Positions 17,831 through 31,094 of a stretch of DNA of 64,000 nt are shown piece by piece. The position numbers and the translations under genes are program-made. The stretch lies in the NCBI GenBank assembly GCA_035480055.1, contig DATIIB010000007.1:68360-132359 (forward strand), given 5' to 3'. Below the pieces are notes generated by a model. The model saw only the letters and a program-made list of their open reading frames with translations, was not told where the DNA came from and made no database searches. Source of the DNA: Candidatus Saccharimonadales bacterium (lineage in GTDB: Bacteria > Patescibacteriota > Saccharimonadia > Saccharimonadales > DASZAF01). Position 1 is the first letter of the stretch, and every line of letters begins with the position of its first letter.

Positions 17831-18599
17831 CCCCTTGAAGTTTGAACCCTTGGCTCAACTGTAAATTGTATTGGTTGATATCGTATAGCAAAGCTACTAG
17901 CTCGCCAAGACAATTAATTGCTAGTGCGCCGCGGTGGTTAAATTCCGTCTTCGTCGTAATACCCGTGGTGACCCCAATGAACTGGAAGCCGGCGCCGCGA
18001 GCAGCGGTTAGATCATCGAGGCTATCACCGATGTAGATGACATTCCTCGGCGCGATATTGTAAGATGCTAACCACATCAAGGCAGGTTCAAAGACGAGCG
18101 GATTTGGTTTGTGGTAGTCGGTTTCGTCGGCAGTCTGAGTGTACTTAAATATATTCTCTGGAACCTTGAGCCTAGCTAAGTCTGATTCGAGAATATATCT
18201 ACTAGCAGATGTGACCAAACCGAGCTTGAGGTGCTGTTCTGCTAGGTAAGCAAGAACTGCGATGGCGTCATTATGCAGGCGCTTAGGAAAGCTTTCATGA
18301 ACGGCCTTGTTGTAGCGTATCGCTTGTTCGATATCACTTGTCTCATACAGTAGACCGATCATTTCGGGGAATGGTTTTCCCCAATGCTCACGGAGCTCGG
18401 TGTCTGTAAGATCTTTATGGTAGTAGGTCTTAGCAATATACCGCTGCTCTTCCCACTTTATGTCAATTGTTTGTACTAGCGTATCATCGTGGTCAAAGAG
18501 CACTGCTCTGGTATCTCGAAATGATGGTATCTTCAACGAATTGCTCTGCATTGACGATACCTTAGAAGCCATCTTGAGCAGGAGCCGTGTCGATTCCAT
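17805..18599 (-). CDS. HAD-superfamily phosphatase
   Basis: 264 aa with motif I FDHDDTLV and motif IV YIGDSLDD. The start is uncertain (alternative ATGs at 18572 and 18551). Confidence 0.8.
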   Translation of the reverse strand: MESTRLLLKMASKVSSMQSNSLKIPSFRDTRAVLFDHDDTLVQTIDIKWEEQRYIAKTYYHKDLTDTELREHWGKPFPEMIGLLYETSDIEQAIRYNKAVHESFPKRLHNDAIAVLAYLAEQHLKLGLVTSASRYILESDLARLKVPENIFKYTQTADETDYHKPNPLVFEPALMWLASYNIAPRNVIYIGDSLDDLTAARGAGFQFIGVTTGITTKTEFNHRGALAINCLGELVALLYDINQYNLQLSQGFKLQGGDSAAQVN

Positions 18600-19191
18600 G
18601 CAGAGCTGTTCTCATAAGAGCGAGGTTGGCGGCAAGCGGTCCGGGATTGTTGTTGATAACAGTAACTCGCGAACCAATTACGTCAGCGATCGCATTGACC
18701 GCAGCGAGACCGATTCGCTGATGTATTTCGATAGCACTTGTTTCTTCGCGGATCCGATTCTTGCGGGTGTCCGTTATGCGTCGTTTTGCGATTTCCGCTG
18801 GGTCAGCGGTGACGACAACGTAGTCTCTCGGTCGCATTTTAATACCTGCAAATGGATCAATTACAACTGATTCGCCTTGGAGGTACGCGACGTGAGTATT
18901 GACGATTCTTAGCCCTTCGGCTGCTACTATCTCTTCTACCAATCCGCTCGCAACCTCCTTGAGAGCCTCGGTAGGCGCTCGTTGAAGGCCATGGGGATCA
19001 TCGTATTTCCCTGGATAGTAGTTCTTCATTCTTTGGTGAATCATCGTCCCGAAGGGAAATAGACTTGTCGGTTGGGTCTCTGCCGACTGATCGCTGAGCG
19101 CGTGATCCAAGAGGTAGTCTTTCCCGCTCGCGCTTACGCCCGTAACTATGACAATATTATTAAGCTCTCCCATATATCTGGTACTCCTCAA
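18562..19191 (-). CDS. P-loop nucleotide kinase, archaeal adenylate kinase (AdkA)-like
   Basis: 209 aa. IVIVTGVSASGKDY, VNTH, VVVTADPAEIAKRRITDTRKNRIREETSAIEIHQ and TVINNNPG are colinear with archaeal-type AdkA blocks as I recall them. Confidence 0.6.
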   Translation of the reverse strand: MRSTRYMGELNNIVIVTGVSASGKDYLLDHALSDQSAETQPTSLFPFGTMIHQRMKNYYPGKYDDPHGLQRAPTEALKEVASGLVEEIVAAEGLRIVNTHVAYLQGESVVIDPFAGIKMRPRDYVVVTADPAEIAKRRITDTRKNRIREETSAIEIHQRIGLAAVNAIADVIGSRVTVINNNPGPLAANLALMRTALHGIDTAPAQDGF

Positions 19192-19203
19192 GGATGGGGC
19201 CGC

Positions 19204-19722
19204 CTAGTGGCTCTCTGGAGTTCCAGTACTATCAGCTTTCTCATGCCCCTCAATAAGCGCAATCATTCTCTCGCCAATATCGCCGTAGCCAATATGGGTG
19301 TTGAGGTCCTGGAGATCAACCAGAGAATGCCCAACAACCGTACCGGCCGGATCTTGCTCGAATATGCCACTGCGCTCTAAGATAGCGCGGACTCTCAGCT
19401 GATAGATGATAGTGCCATCTGGCTCGTGATTCTCTTGATAGCCAATGGGGTACCAGGAAACAACCTTGCAGCGTAGCTCTTCTTCGATCTCGCGCTGGAT
19501 GGTTTGGTCGACCGTTTCGCCTGGCTCGGTCTTTCCGCCAGGAAGGTTGTCTTTATCGCCAGTCGCGTAGTGGACGATGGGCGCTTTGCCTTCGAGATCC
19601 CCGATCACATAGACCTGTTGCCAGGGGAGATCGGGCAACGGCTTGCCGACCAAGTCGAACCACCGGACTTGAATGAGTTTATCGCGATACGTGAATGAGG
19701 TGGTGAGATTTGGTTGAGGCAT
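19204..19722 (-). CDS. NUDIX hydrolase (first gene of island operon)
   Basis: 172 aa with Nudix box GGKTEPGETVDQTIQREIEEELRC. Confidence 0.85.
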   Translation of the reverse strand: MPQPNLTTSFTYRDKLIQVRWFDLVGKPLPDLPWQQVYVIGDLEGKAPIVHYATGDKDNLPGGKTEPGETVDQTIQREIEEELRCKVVSWYPIGYQENHEPDGTIIYQLRVRAILERSGIFEQDPAGTVVGHSLVDLQDLNTHIGYGDIGERMIALIEGHEKADSTGTPESH

Positions 19723-19817
19723 ATATTGTGGACCGTTTAAATTCTCAATCAGTATACTGCAAAGCTACATATTTTATACAAAGAAATTGCGTCTGGCCAT
19801 ATGTAAGTGTCTTTGGC

Positions 19818-20195
19818 ATGGAGACGACCCACTACGACGAGCCAGAAGCGCGAACCTTCATCCTAGACGCTGAATCGTTTGCCAAGCTCTCTCCGGAAAA
19901 GAAGATGGCAGAAATACTGAAGGAAGCCCCGACCCTTCGCAAGCTGGGCAAGAGTGCCCTCCTTGGCGCTGAGGTTGAGGAGAAACGTAACTACATGAGC
20001 ATGGAGTGGGCGGGTGCGCCTCACAAGGGGAAGACCACTGACATTGAAAAGCGTCTCGTTCAAAAGAACTTCGACGCGATCAACGAGCGCCTGCGGCAAC
20101 AGGGACTCAGAGAGATCGACCTTGCGAACAGAGAGCATGTTGAACGCTATGACTTGCAAAAACTCGCTCAAGAGCGAGGGATTAAGCTTGTCTAG
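19818..20195 (+). CDS. hypothetical protein
   Basis: ORF 19710-20195, with the likely start METTHYDE at 19818. No recognised family. Confidence 0.4.
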   Translation: METTHYDEPEARTFILDAESFAKLSPEKKMAEILKEAPTLRKLGKSALLGAEVEEKRNYMSMEWAGAPHKGKTTDIEKRLVQKNFDAINERLRQQGLREIDLANREHVERYDLQKLAQERGIKLV

Positions 20196-20243
20196 CTGCA
20201 CCGGCAGCGCCCAACCCACTTGAATTTAATATAGCAAAGAGGT

Positions 20244-20474
20244 ATGAATATGACGAGTATTGATCAAGAAGCAAACTCACGAGCACGGCGGTTGCAACCC
20301 TTCGTGCTCACAATCGAAGAGGCTTGTCTAGTGCTCCGCATCAGCAAAGGGAGCTTATACAAACTCATCCGACGTAAACAGCTAAAGACCGTGCGGTTCG
20401 GCCGTAGACGCTATGTGCCAGCCGAGGAGATCCAGAAGATGATTAATGAATTAACCGAGCAGGAGACTAGTTAG
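20244..20474 (+). CDS. excisionase-type HTH DNA-binding protein
   Basis: 76 aa. LTIEEACLVLRISKGSLYKLIRRKQLKTVRFGRRRYV is typical of the excisionase/MerR-like HTH family. Abuts the integrase start. Confidence 0.7.
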   Translation: MNMTSIDQEANSRARRLQPFVLTIEEACLVLRISKGSLYKLIRRKQLKTVRFGRRRYVPAEEIQKMINELTEQETS

Positions 20475-21747
<1,273 letters not shown>

Positions 21748-21902
21748 AAAATCGACAGAGGATATTGTACCAGAAACAGTGGCGAATGGCTAGCCAAGAG
21801 TAAAACGCCCGGTCAAGCTATATTATTTTTTGTTTCCATGGAATGCTCTTACGCTAATGATAGCATCCGCGGGAGATTTTGCCGGTCAAACAAATGAGAA
21901 TC

Positions 21903-21980
21903 TGGTGGAGATAGAGGGATTCGAACCCTCGACCTCTGCAATGCGAATGCAGCGCTCTAGCCGGGCTGAGCTATATCCCC
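21903..21980 (-). tRNA. tRNA-Ala(CGC)
   Basis: Cloverleaf with G3:U70. Anticodon loop TTCGCAT, T-loop TTCGAAT, encoded CCA, 78 nt. Confidence 0.9.
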
Positions 21981-22024
21981 ATGTACCGGCCTATTGTAAA
22001 GAAAAGCCATGGGTTTGACCAGAA

Positions 22025-22486
22025 CTATCCCATGTGATGGAACTCGTGCGCCACCGCGTGACCTTTGCCACGCGCAATCAGCCAACGATTCACCGGGACG
22101 GTTACTGTGAAGGCAACAACCAGCGACAGCGCAAGGCTCTCCCAGAATAAACCCGTGGTTAGCCCTGCGTTTAAGGCACCCGGAATCACCACAACCACCA
22201 GATTATCCATGATTTCCATAGAGCTGATCGAAACGGTATCAGAGGCAAGCGCTACCCCAAGTGCTTTTTTAAACGGAATACCAGCTCGAAGCACCGGCCA
22301 AATAGTCAACGAATAACCAAACACAAATGCTAACACAATCGAAAGCACAATCATCGCCGCATTGCGCAGATTCGCCGCTGTGCCAATGACCATCCCCAGC
22401 ACTTCACCGATCGCACAACCGGTCAAACAATGGAGTGTGGCCCGCACAGCTGTACTGGTTACTTGCTTCATATCTATAGTATACAA
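22025..22486 (-). CDS. DUF4396-like integral membrane protein
   Basis: 153 aa with the TLHCLTGCAIGEVLGM motif and multiple TM helices. Confidence 0.65.
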   Translation of the reverse strand: MYTIDMKQVTSTAVRATLHCLTGCAIGEVLGMVIGTAANLRNAAMIVLSIVLAFVFGYSLTIWPVLRAGIPFKKALGVALASDTVSISSMEIMDNLVVVVIPGALNAGLTTGLFWESLALSLVVAFTVTVPVNRWLIARGKGHAVAHEFHHMG

Positions 22487-22497
22487 GAAAAAATAGT

Positions 22498-22523
22498 GGC
22501 TCGTGCGCGCCCACCCGAGGCTC
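22498..22523 (-). terminator. possible bidirectional intrinsic terminator
   Basis: Imperfect GC-rich hairpin (ggctcgtgcgcgcccacccgaggctc) flanked by an A-run upstream and T6 downstream on the plus strand. Downstream of the 22590-23300 gene on the minus strand. Confidence 0.3.
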
Positions 22524-22589
22524 TTTTTTGTGTTTTTGACAGATGTTTGTTTTGTCGGCCGCTACTCCAAAGAGCCGGAGCGCACGAAC

Positions 22590-23300
22590 TTAGTGACTAG
22601 TATGCTGCTTAAGCTTGGAGCTGTCAACTAGCGGCAGCACTCCAAAGGTCAGGATAATCGCAAAGATCACCGCAAACCCGCACATAATTGAGGGCACACC
22701 GCGAAGCGTTGAAGGGCTGAACAAGTTCGCCGCAATGGTGGGCACCACAAAGGTGAGATAGCCAACCGCAAACAATCGGAGGGCATGGCGAGTGGCCTGA
22801 CGTCGTATCGTTTGTGACCAGCGAATACATAACCCTACTCCAGCAGCAACCAAGCCGTAATAATACCCCACGTACAACCACGATGCCCAACGGGCAAGCT
22901 GGAAGATGACATAGTTGCCAAGACATTCCTGTCCATTAATAGCGCTCGAAGCAAAGGCGAAGTAGATCACGCAGACTAGAGCTGCCGCATACACCAGCCC
23001 AACCATCACTCTGCTTTTACGCCCAGCAATAATATGAACAATGTGCATTCCAAGGGCTGGTAGCAATGTAATTGCCACGTAGCCAATGCGCGACCATGTC
23101 TTGGCACTCATCCCAAATCCGCCGCACACCATATACTCGGCCATCTGAAAGACCGCCAAAAAGATAAGGGTTAACATCACCAAACGAGTCAGCGCCGAAA
23201 GTTTATAGCGCCACAACACATACAGCGCCATGCCAATCTCCACCGCAAAGGTTGCCAACATCACCGGTGGCGAAAAACAAAAGAATTTACCTTTAGGCAT
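22590..23300 (-). CDS. hypothetical polytopic membrane protein
   Basis: 236 aa with about 7 hydrophobic helices. Confidence 0.5.
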   Translation of the reverse strand: MPKGKFFCFSPPVMLATFAVEIGMALYVLWRYKLSALTRLVMLTLIFLAVFQMAEYMVCGGFGMSAKTWSRIGYVAITLLPALGMHIVHIIAGRKSRVMVGLVYAAALVCVIYFAFASSAINGQECLGNYVIFQLARWASWLYVGYYYGLVAAGVGLCIRWSQTIRRQATRHALRLFAVGYLTFVVPTIAANLFSPSTLRGVPSIMCGFAVIFAIILTFGVLPLVDSSKLKQHTSH

Positions 23301-23338
23301 TACCGCTTAAGCTTAGCAGATTTTGATACAGCTGCCCA

Positions 23339-23890
23339 CTAGCCAAGGTTTTTGAGCCAAGCGGCAATCTTTTGGAGTGGCTCATAGCGCATTGAGGTAG
23401 CATGATTTTCTGCCTCGGTCAACTCAGCACGCGTCCGATCCATTCCTTGCGACACAAAAATCTGATCCCAGCCAAAGCCTTGGCCGCCTCGGGGAGCAGC
23501 AGCGATATGCCCTTCCATGCTGGCTTCAAAAAACTGAACAGTGGTTCCATCGTGCAGTCCATAACAAATCCGTGCGGTAGCCGAGCGATCTTCAAAGGCG
23601 CCGAGCATATCGCAAATTTTTTGATTGCCCGCTTCCTCAATGAACCACTTAATAAATGGGCCAGGCAGCCGCCCCAGAGCGTGACATTCCAAAGCCACAT
23701 CCTCCACCAAAACCGGTGCCTGCAAATGGTCATAGGCCTGTTGGACTTTGTGCGCCACAATGGTCCGCAGGTCCATTGATTGCAATTCGTCCAGGTCTAG
23801 CTTGTGGTGGTCAATCAACTGACCAAGCGCCTTGGCTACGTACGCAGCTTTGCCTGCATTGCCGGTAATAAATGTCAGTTTGGTTGCCAT
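23339..23890 (-). CDS. non-canonical purine NTP pyrophosphatase (HAM1/ITPase family)
   Basis: 183 aa with FITGNAGK, LPGPFIKWF and GFGWDQIF blocks. Confidence 0.8.
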   Translation of the reverse strand: MATKLTFITGNAGKAAYVAKALGQLIDHHKLDLDELQSMDLRTIVAHKVQQAYDHLQAPVLVEDVALECHALGRLPGPFIKWFIEEAGNQKICDMLGAFEDRSATARICYGLHDGTTVQFFEASMEGHIAAAPRGGQGFGWDQIFVSQGMDRTRAELTEAENHATSMRYEPLQKIAAWLKNLG

Positions 23891-23899
23891 ATTTCCTGC

Positions 23900-26866
<2,967 letters not shown>

Positions 26867-26867
<1 letters not shown>

Positions 26868-27745
26868 TACATCTTCCCTTCCATTCCCCGCAGCTTGGCG
26901 ATTCGTTCCTCAATTGGTGGATGAGTGCTAAAAAACTTGCCGACCGATCCGCCCTTGAGCGGATTAGCCAAAAAGAGATGCGCGGTCGCGGTGTTCTGGC
27001 GGCGCAGCGTGGAGCCACTATGGGCAATTTTTTCCAGTGCGCTGGCCAGGCCTTCGGGATAACGCGTCAGCAGGGCCCCAGAGCTATCTGCCAAATACTC
27101 GCGTCGGCGCGAAACCGCCAATTGCACCATCATGGCGATAAGTGGTGCCAAGATCGCAGCCGCAATTGCCGCAATGATAATCACCGGTGATGCGTCGCGT
27201 TCATCATCCCGACCGCCAAACCACATCATGCGCAAAATCATATCGGCAATAAAGCCAATCGCGCCCACCAAACCAACCACAATCATCATGACACGAATGT
27301 CGTAGTTCTTGACGTGGCTAAGTTCGTGAGCAATCACACCTTCCAGCTCTTGATCATTCATCATCTCGAGTAGTCCACTGGTTGCTGCCACCACAGCGTT
27401 GTTGGGGTCACGACCGGTTGCAAAAGCATTTGGTGCCGGATCATCAATGACATACACCTTGGGCATAGGAATGCCGTCAGCAATCGCCAGGTTTTCAACC
27501 GTGCGATAGAGCCGTGGATTGTCGCGTTTTTCGATCTCGTGCGCGCCGTTCATCGCGAGAGCAATCTTGGAAGCGATAAAATATTGGATTAGCGCATAGA
27601 TCAACGACACAACCAAAGCAACCACTGTGATGCTCGGATTGCCAAAGTACTTCCCAGCTAACCAGCCTAGGCCTCCGACCAGCACCACGAAAAACCCCAT
27701 TAGGTAAAAGGTTTTTCGTTTATTGGCGGCGATCGCGGAATACAT
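26867..27745 (-). CDS. htpX: zinc metalloprotease HtpX (M48)
   Basis: 292 aa with the HELSHVKNYD zinc motif and TM helices. Confidence 0.9.
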
Positions 27746-27751
27746 GGGTGG

Positions 27752-28318
27752 CTAGAATGTAACTTCTACTGGTTTCTCAACGTCTTGCAAGTTTTCGACT
27801 TCAAAGAACTCGCGCTGCTTAAACCCTAACATGCCAGCAAACACGTTTGAAGGGAAGGTCTGAATCTTGGTGTTAAGGTCGCGGACGCCACCGTTGTAGA
27901 AGCGGCGCGAAGCCATAATTTTGTCCTCGGTGTCGGTCAGTTCGTCTTGGAGCTTTTGGAAGTTCTCGGTCGCCCGCAGTTCAGGATAAGCTTCAGCAAC
28001 TGCGAAGATGCTCTTTAAGGCACCTTCAAATTGGTTCTCGGCTGCAGCAACATCTTTCACTTTGCCGCTTTGCTGTGCGGTTAAGGCGTTAGCGCGGGCC
28101 TCGGTCACTTTTTCGAACACCTCTTTTTCGTGCGTCGCATACCCTTTTACGGCATTGACCAAGTTAGGGATGAGGTCATATCGCCGCTTCAGCTGAATGG
28201 TGATATCGCTCCACGCTTCGTTGACCCGCACGTTTAAGCGCACTAAACCGTTGTACGTCACCCAGACAAACAGCAGAATTACTGCAACAATTGCCAGCAC
28301 TATATAAAGAATTGTCAT
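27752..28318 (-). CDS. lemA: LemA family protein
   Basis: 188 aa with an N-terminal TM helix, then LVRLNVRVNEAWSDI...RRFYNG blocks. Confidence 0.9.
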   Translation of the reverse strand: MTILYIVLAIVAVILLFVWVTYNGLVRLNVRVNEAWSDITIQLKRRYDLIPNLVNAVKGYATHEKEVFEKVTEARANALTAQQSGKVKDVAAAENQFEGALKSIFAVAEAYPELRATENFQKLQDELTDTEDKIMASRRFYNGGVRDLNTKIQTFPSNVFAGMLGFKQREFFEVENLQDVEKPVEVTF

Positions 28319-28424
28319 CTAATTTTCCTTCGTTACTACTCCTTATATAATAGCATAAAAAGTGAGCATATTTCGTTGCAACGTGCTACCATAAGCGTGA
28401 TACAACAATACAGGTTAGGGTGGA

Positions 28425-28871
28425 ATGAAAGCACGTAGCCCGCTCGCGCAAAAAGGTTTTACCATCATCGAAGTTGTTTTGGTCCTGGCTATCGCTGGGC
28501 TCATTTTTCTTATCGTCTTCCTGGCTCTGCCACAAGCACAAAAAAGTCGCCGCGATACTCAGCGACGACGCGATGTCGGCATTGTGGTTGGTAACCTTGA
28601 ACACTACCTGGGGAGCAATGGTTCCTACCCGAGCACTCAGGCTTTAACTGACAGTTTTAAGGCAGGGTATCTCTCCAGCTTCAACGACCCTTCAACTGGA
28701 AGCGCTTACACCATCACCTACCAAACCACTGCGCCAGCCAGCGTCGGTACTATGTCCTTCAGTCGGGCAGCTACCTGTGGAGCCAGCGGGGCGCTCAGTG
28801 CCACTTCGAGCACTCTGCAAGTTGCGGTCTCTGTTAAACTGGAGAATGGCTTCTTCTGCCAGAACAATTAA
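28425..28871 (+). CDS. type IV pilin / pseudopilin with prepilin N-terminal methylation motif
   Basis: 148 aa with the KGFTIIEVVLVLAIAGLI signal (G|FTxxE). Confidence 0.8.
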   Translation: MKARSPLAQKGFTIIEVVLVLAIAGLIFLIVFLALPQAQKSRRDTQRRRDVGIVVGNLEHYLGSNGSYPSTQALTDSFKAGYLSSFNDPSTGSAYTITYQTTAPASVGTMSFSRAATCGASGALSATSSTLQVAVSVKLENGFFCQNN

Positions 28872-28885
28872 CAAGGGGTACACTC

Positions 28886-29278
28886 ATGCTTAAAGACGCA
28901 CCGGCCATGGTAAGTTTCTCAATCGATAATCTTGAAAAGGCTAAAGAATTTTACAGCAACACGCTCGGCTTAAACGTTGACGACAATATGGCAAGCGGTG
29001 TACTAATGCTCACCCTCGCAGGCGGCGTGCAGGTGATGGCTTATGTCAAAGCAACGCATCAGCCTGCAACTTATACGCTGCTCAACTTTACCGTCAACGA
29101 CATTGTCAAAAGCATTAAAGAGCTGACCGCCAAGGGTGTAGAATTTTTGCACTACGACCAGCCCGATCTCAAGACCGACAAAAACGGCGTCGTGGACTAT
29201 GGCATGATGAAGATCGCGTTCTTTAATGACCCAGCGGGGAACAACCATGCGGTGATGGAGATGAAGCAGAAGGACTAG
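28886..29278 (+). CDS. VOC (glyoxalase/bleomycin-resistance) family protein
   Basis: 130 aa with glyoxalase-like beta-alpha-beta repeats (FYSNTLGLNV..., FFNDPAGNNHAV). Confidence 0.7.
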   Translation: MLKDAPAMVSFSIDNLEKAKEFYSNTLGLNVDDNMASGVLMLTLAGGVQVMAYVKATHQPATYTLLNFTVNDIVKSIKELTAKGVEFLHYDQPDLKTDKNGVVDYGMMKIAFFNDPAGNNHAVMEMKQKD

Positions 29279-30099
29279 AGCCCGATCTCCTCGAGTCGCT
29301 CCTTTAGGCGCCACACCGTCCCGTCAGGCATAATGGCGTCTTCAAGCAGGAGTTTGTTGGTGAGAATTTCTTCGTTAATCCTGGCACCCGTAAGATTTGC
29401 GCCATTAAGTTTGGTCCGGTGCAACTTGGCGGCATCCAGACGTGCATTTCGGAGATCAGCACCGCGCAGATCCGCCCCGCTGAGATCTGCGCCAAATAGC
29501 TGAGCGCCGCTGAGATTACTGCCGCTCAAATTCGTCTCGGTCAGCTTGGCGCCCATAAATTCAGCGCCGCTAAGGTCGATATCACTCAGATCCGCACCGC
29601 GGCATTTGGTGTTGTTGAGCCGAGCTCCTGCGATAGTCACGATTGGATTATTTTTATCAAGCAGCCCGGTCTTTTTTAAGAACACCAGAATCCGGCCTCT
29701 GGCAGACCAACCCATGATTTCCAGTCGCTCAAGCGCAGTTTGCGTCAGTATATTGGCGACCAATCGCACTTCATCGTCTTTATGAGACTTACGCAAATTA
29801 TCCTTGAGTACGAGGTCAAGCATCTTGTCCATATAGGCCTGCTCTACCCCGGTAAAGACGCGCTGATAGCCAATCAGGCTAGGAATCAAAGCAACAATCA
29901 ACAGCGCGATAATGCTGAACAAATTCCACACTCCAGTTTGGTGGAAGTGCGTCCAAAGAATGTCATATATCAGGATTATCAGTGCAATAAAAGACACAGC
30001 GAGCAAGGTAGCTGCTCGATTACTGTTTTGGGGTATTTGTTGAAGTGGTCTCTTTCGCATACCGAGCCAAGCACTTTTACGTCTTACCATAATACGCAT
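29275..30099 (-). CDS. membrane-anchored pentapeptide-repeat protein
   Basis: 274 aa with two TM helices, then GADLSGADLRGADLRNARLDAAKL-type repeats. Confidence 0.8.
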   Translation of the reverse strand: MRIMVRRKSAWLGMRKRPLQQIPQNSNRAATLLAVSFIALIILIYDILWTHFHQTGVWNLFSIIALLIVALIPSLIGYQRVFTGVEQAYMDKMLDLVLKDNLRKSHKDDEVRLVANILTQTALERLEIMGWSARGRILVFLKKTGLLDKNNPIVTIAGARLNNTKCRGADLSDIDLSGAEFMGAKLTETNLSGSNLSGAQLFGADLSGADLRGADLRNARLDAAKLHRTKLNGANLTGARINEEILTNKLLLEDAIMPDGTVWRLKERLEEIGL

Positions 30100-30123
30100 T
30101 CTGCCTTGGCAAAATACCTATAA

Positions 30124-30208
30124 TGGTGGGGATGAGAGGACTTGAACCTCCACGCCCGAAGGCACATGCTCCTAAGGCATGCGTGTCTGCCAATTCCACC
30201 ACATCCCC
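30124..30208 (-). tRNA. tRNA-Leu(TAG)
   Basis: Class II tRNA, 85 nt. Anticodon stem CATGC/GCATG, loop CTTAGGA, long variable arm, encoded CCA. Confidence 0.9.
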
Positions 30209-30222
30209 GTGGGTATAAAAAA

Positions 30223-30296
30223 TGGAGGCGCCTACCAGAATCGAACTGGTGTAAGAGGTTTTGCAGACCTCTGCGTAACCACTCCGCCAAGGCGCC
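30223..30296 (-). tRNA. tRNA-Cys(GCA)
   Basis: 74 nt with anticodon loop CTGCAAA, discriminator U73 and encoded CCA. Confidence 0.9.
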
Positions 30297-30385
30297 AAAT
30301 GGAAGACGCTATTCATTATAAAGAAAAGAGTCGTTTTTCACTAGTAGCGATTGCACTGCAAAACATATAAGATTATGCTTACGTC

Positions 30386-30832
30386 ATGCCAAAATGTTCA
30401 GGATGCCAAATCATTAAAGAAGTGAGTGAGTTTTTCTTCAGAGATAAAACGCAAGGTAAACTGCATTCTCAGTGCAAATGCTGTCATGCAAATAAACGCA
30501 GAGCATACTATCAAGAGCACTATAGAAAGTATGGAAGCAAGTATCGCGAAAGAGCGATCGCTCGTAAAATCAAGGTTAAAGGTGACCTACGAAGACAACT
30601 TCTGAAGTACCTATCGGATAAATCCTGTTCAGTATGTGGGATAGCAGATCCAAGAGTACTCGATTTTGACCATATAGATAGGGCGGATAAATCTTTCGGC
30701 ATATCACGCGCGCTCACCAATACCTTAAGCTGGAAAAAGATTCTTCTTGAAATCAAGAAGTGTCAAATACTTTGTGCCAATTGCCATCGTATACGTACAT
30801 CAAATCAATTCGGCTGGTATAGAAATGGATAA
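30386..30832 (+). CDS. HNH endonuclease (phage/homing-type)
   Basis: 148 aa with several CxxC pairs, DFDHIDRADK and CQILCANCHRIRT. Confidence 0.75.
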   Translation: MPKCSGCQIIKEVSEFFFRDKTQGKLHSQCKCCHANKRRAYYQEHYRKYGSKYRERAIARKIKVKGDLRRQLLKYLSDKSCSVCGIADPRVLDFDHIDRADKSFGISRALTNTLSWKKILLEIKKCQILCANCHRIRTSNQFGWYRNG

Positions 30833-30939
30833 AAAGTATTGCAATTCCTGTATGCGCGGTGATAAGCTTAACCATAAGCTTTGAGAGGCTTAGAACTCAA
30901 AAAACAGACATTTAAAAAACAAAAGGGAGGGTCCAAGTA

Positions 30940-31092
30940 ATGACTCCAACAAAAATAAAAGTTGGTGCGTACATGGTGTTGGTGGCAATGAGTATGGTCG
31001 CAGTATATGCGCTGCATGATATTAAAGGTGACCACGCAACGGCTTTACAGCCAACCACGAGCCAAGTGGTGGTAGATAATCTGGGCCAATAA
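30940..31092 (+). CDS. possible 50-aa membrane peptide
   Basis: My translation is MTPTKIKVGAYMVLVAMSMVAVYALHDIKGDHATALQPTTSQVVVDNLGQ. GGGAGGG lies 8 nt upstream. Below the ORF-track cutoff. Confidence 0.3.
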   Translation: MTPTKIKVGAYMVLVAMSMVAVYALHDIKGDHATALQPTTSQVVVDNLGQ

Positions 31093-31094
31093 AT

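Noticed and set aside
21748-21902. Spacer between the two tRNA-Ala genes as a possible second att site or small RNA
   Set aside because: It has no repeat shared with the island ends and no convincing hairpin or ORF.
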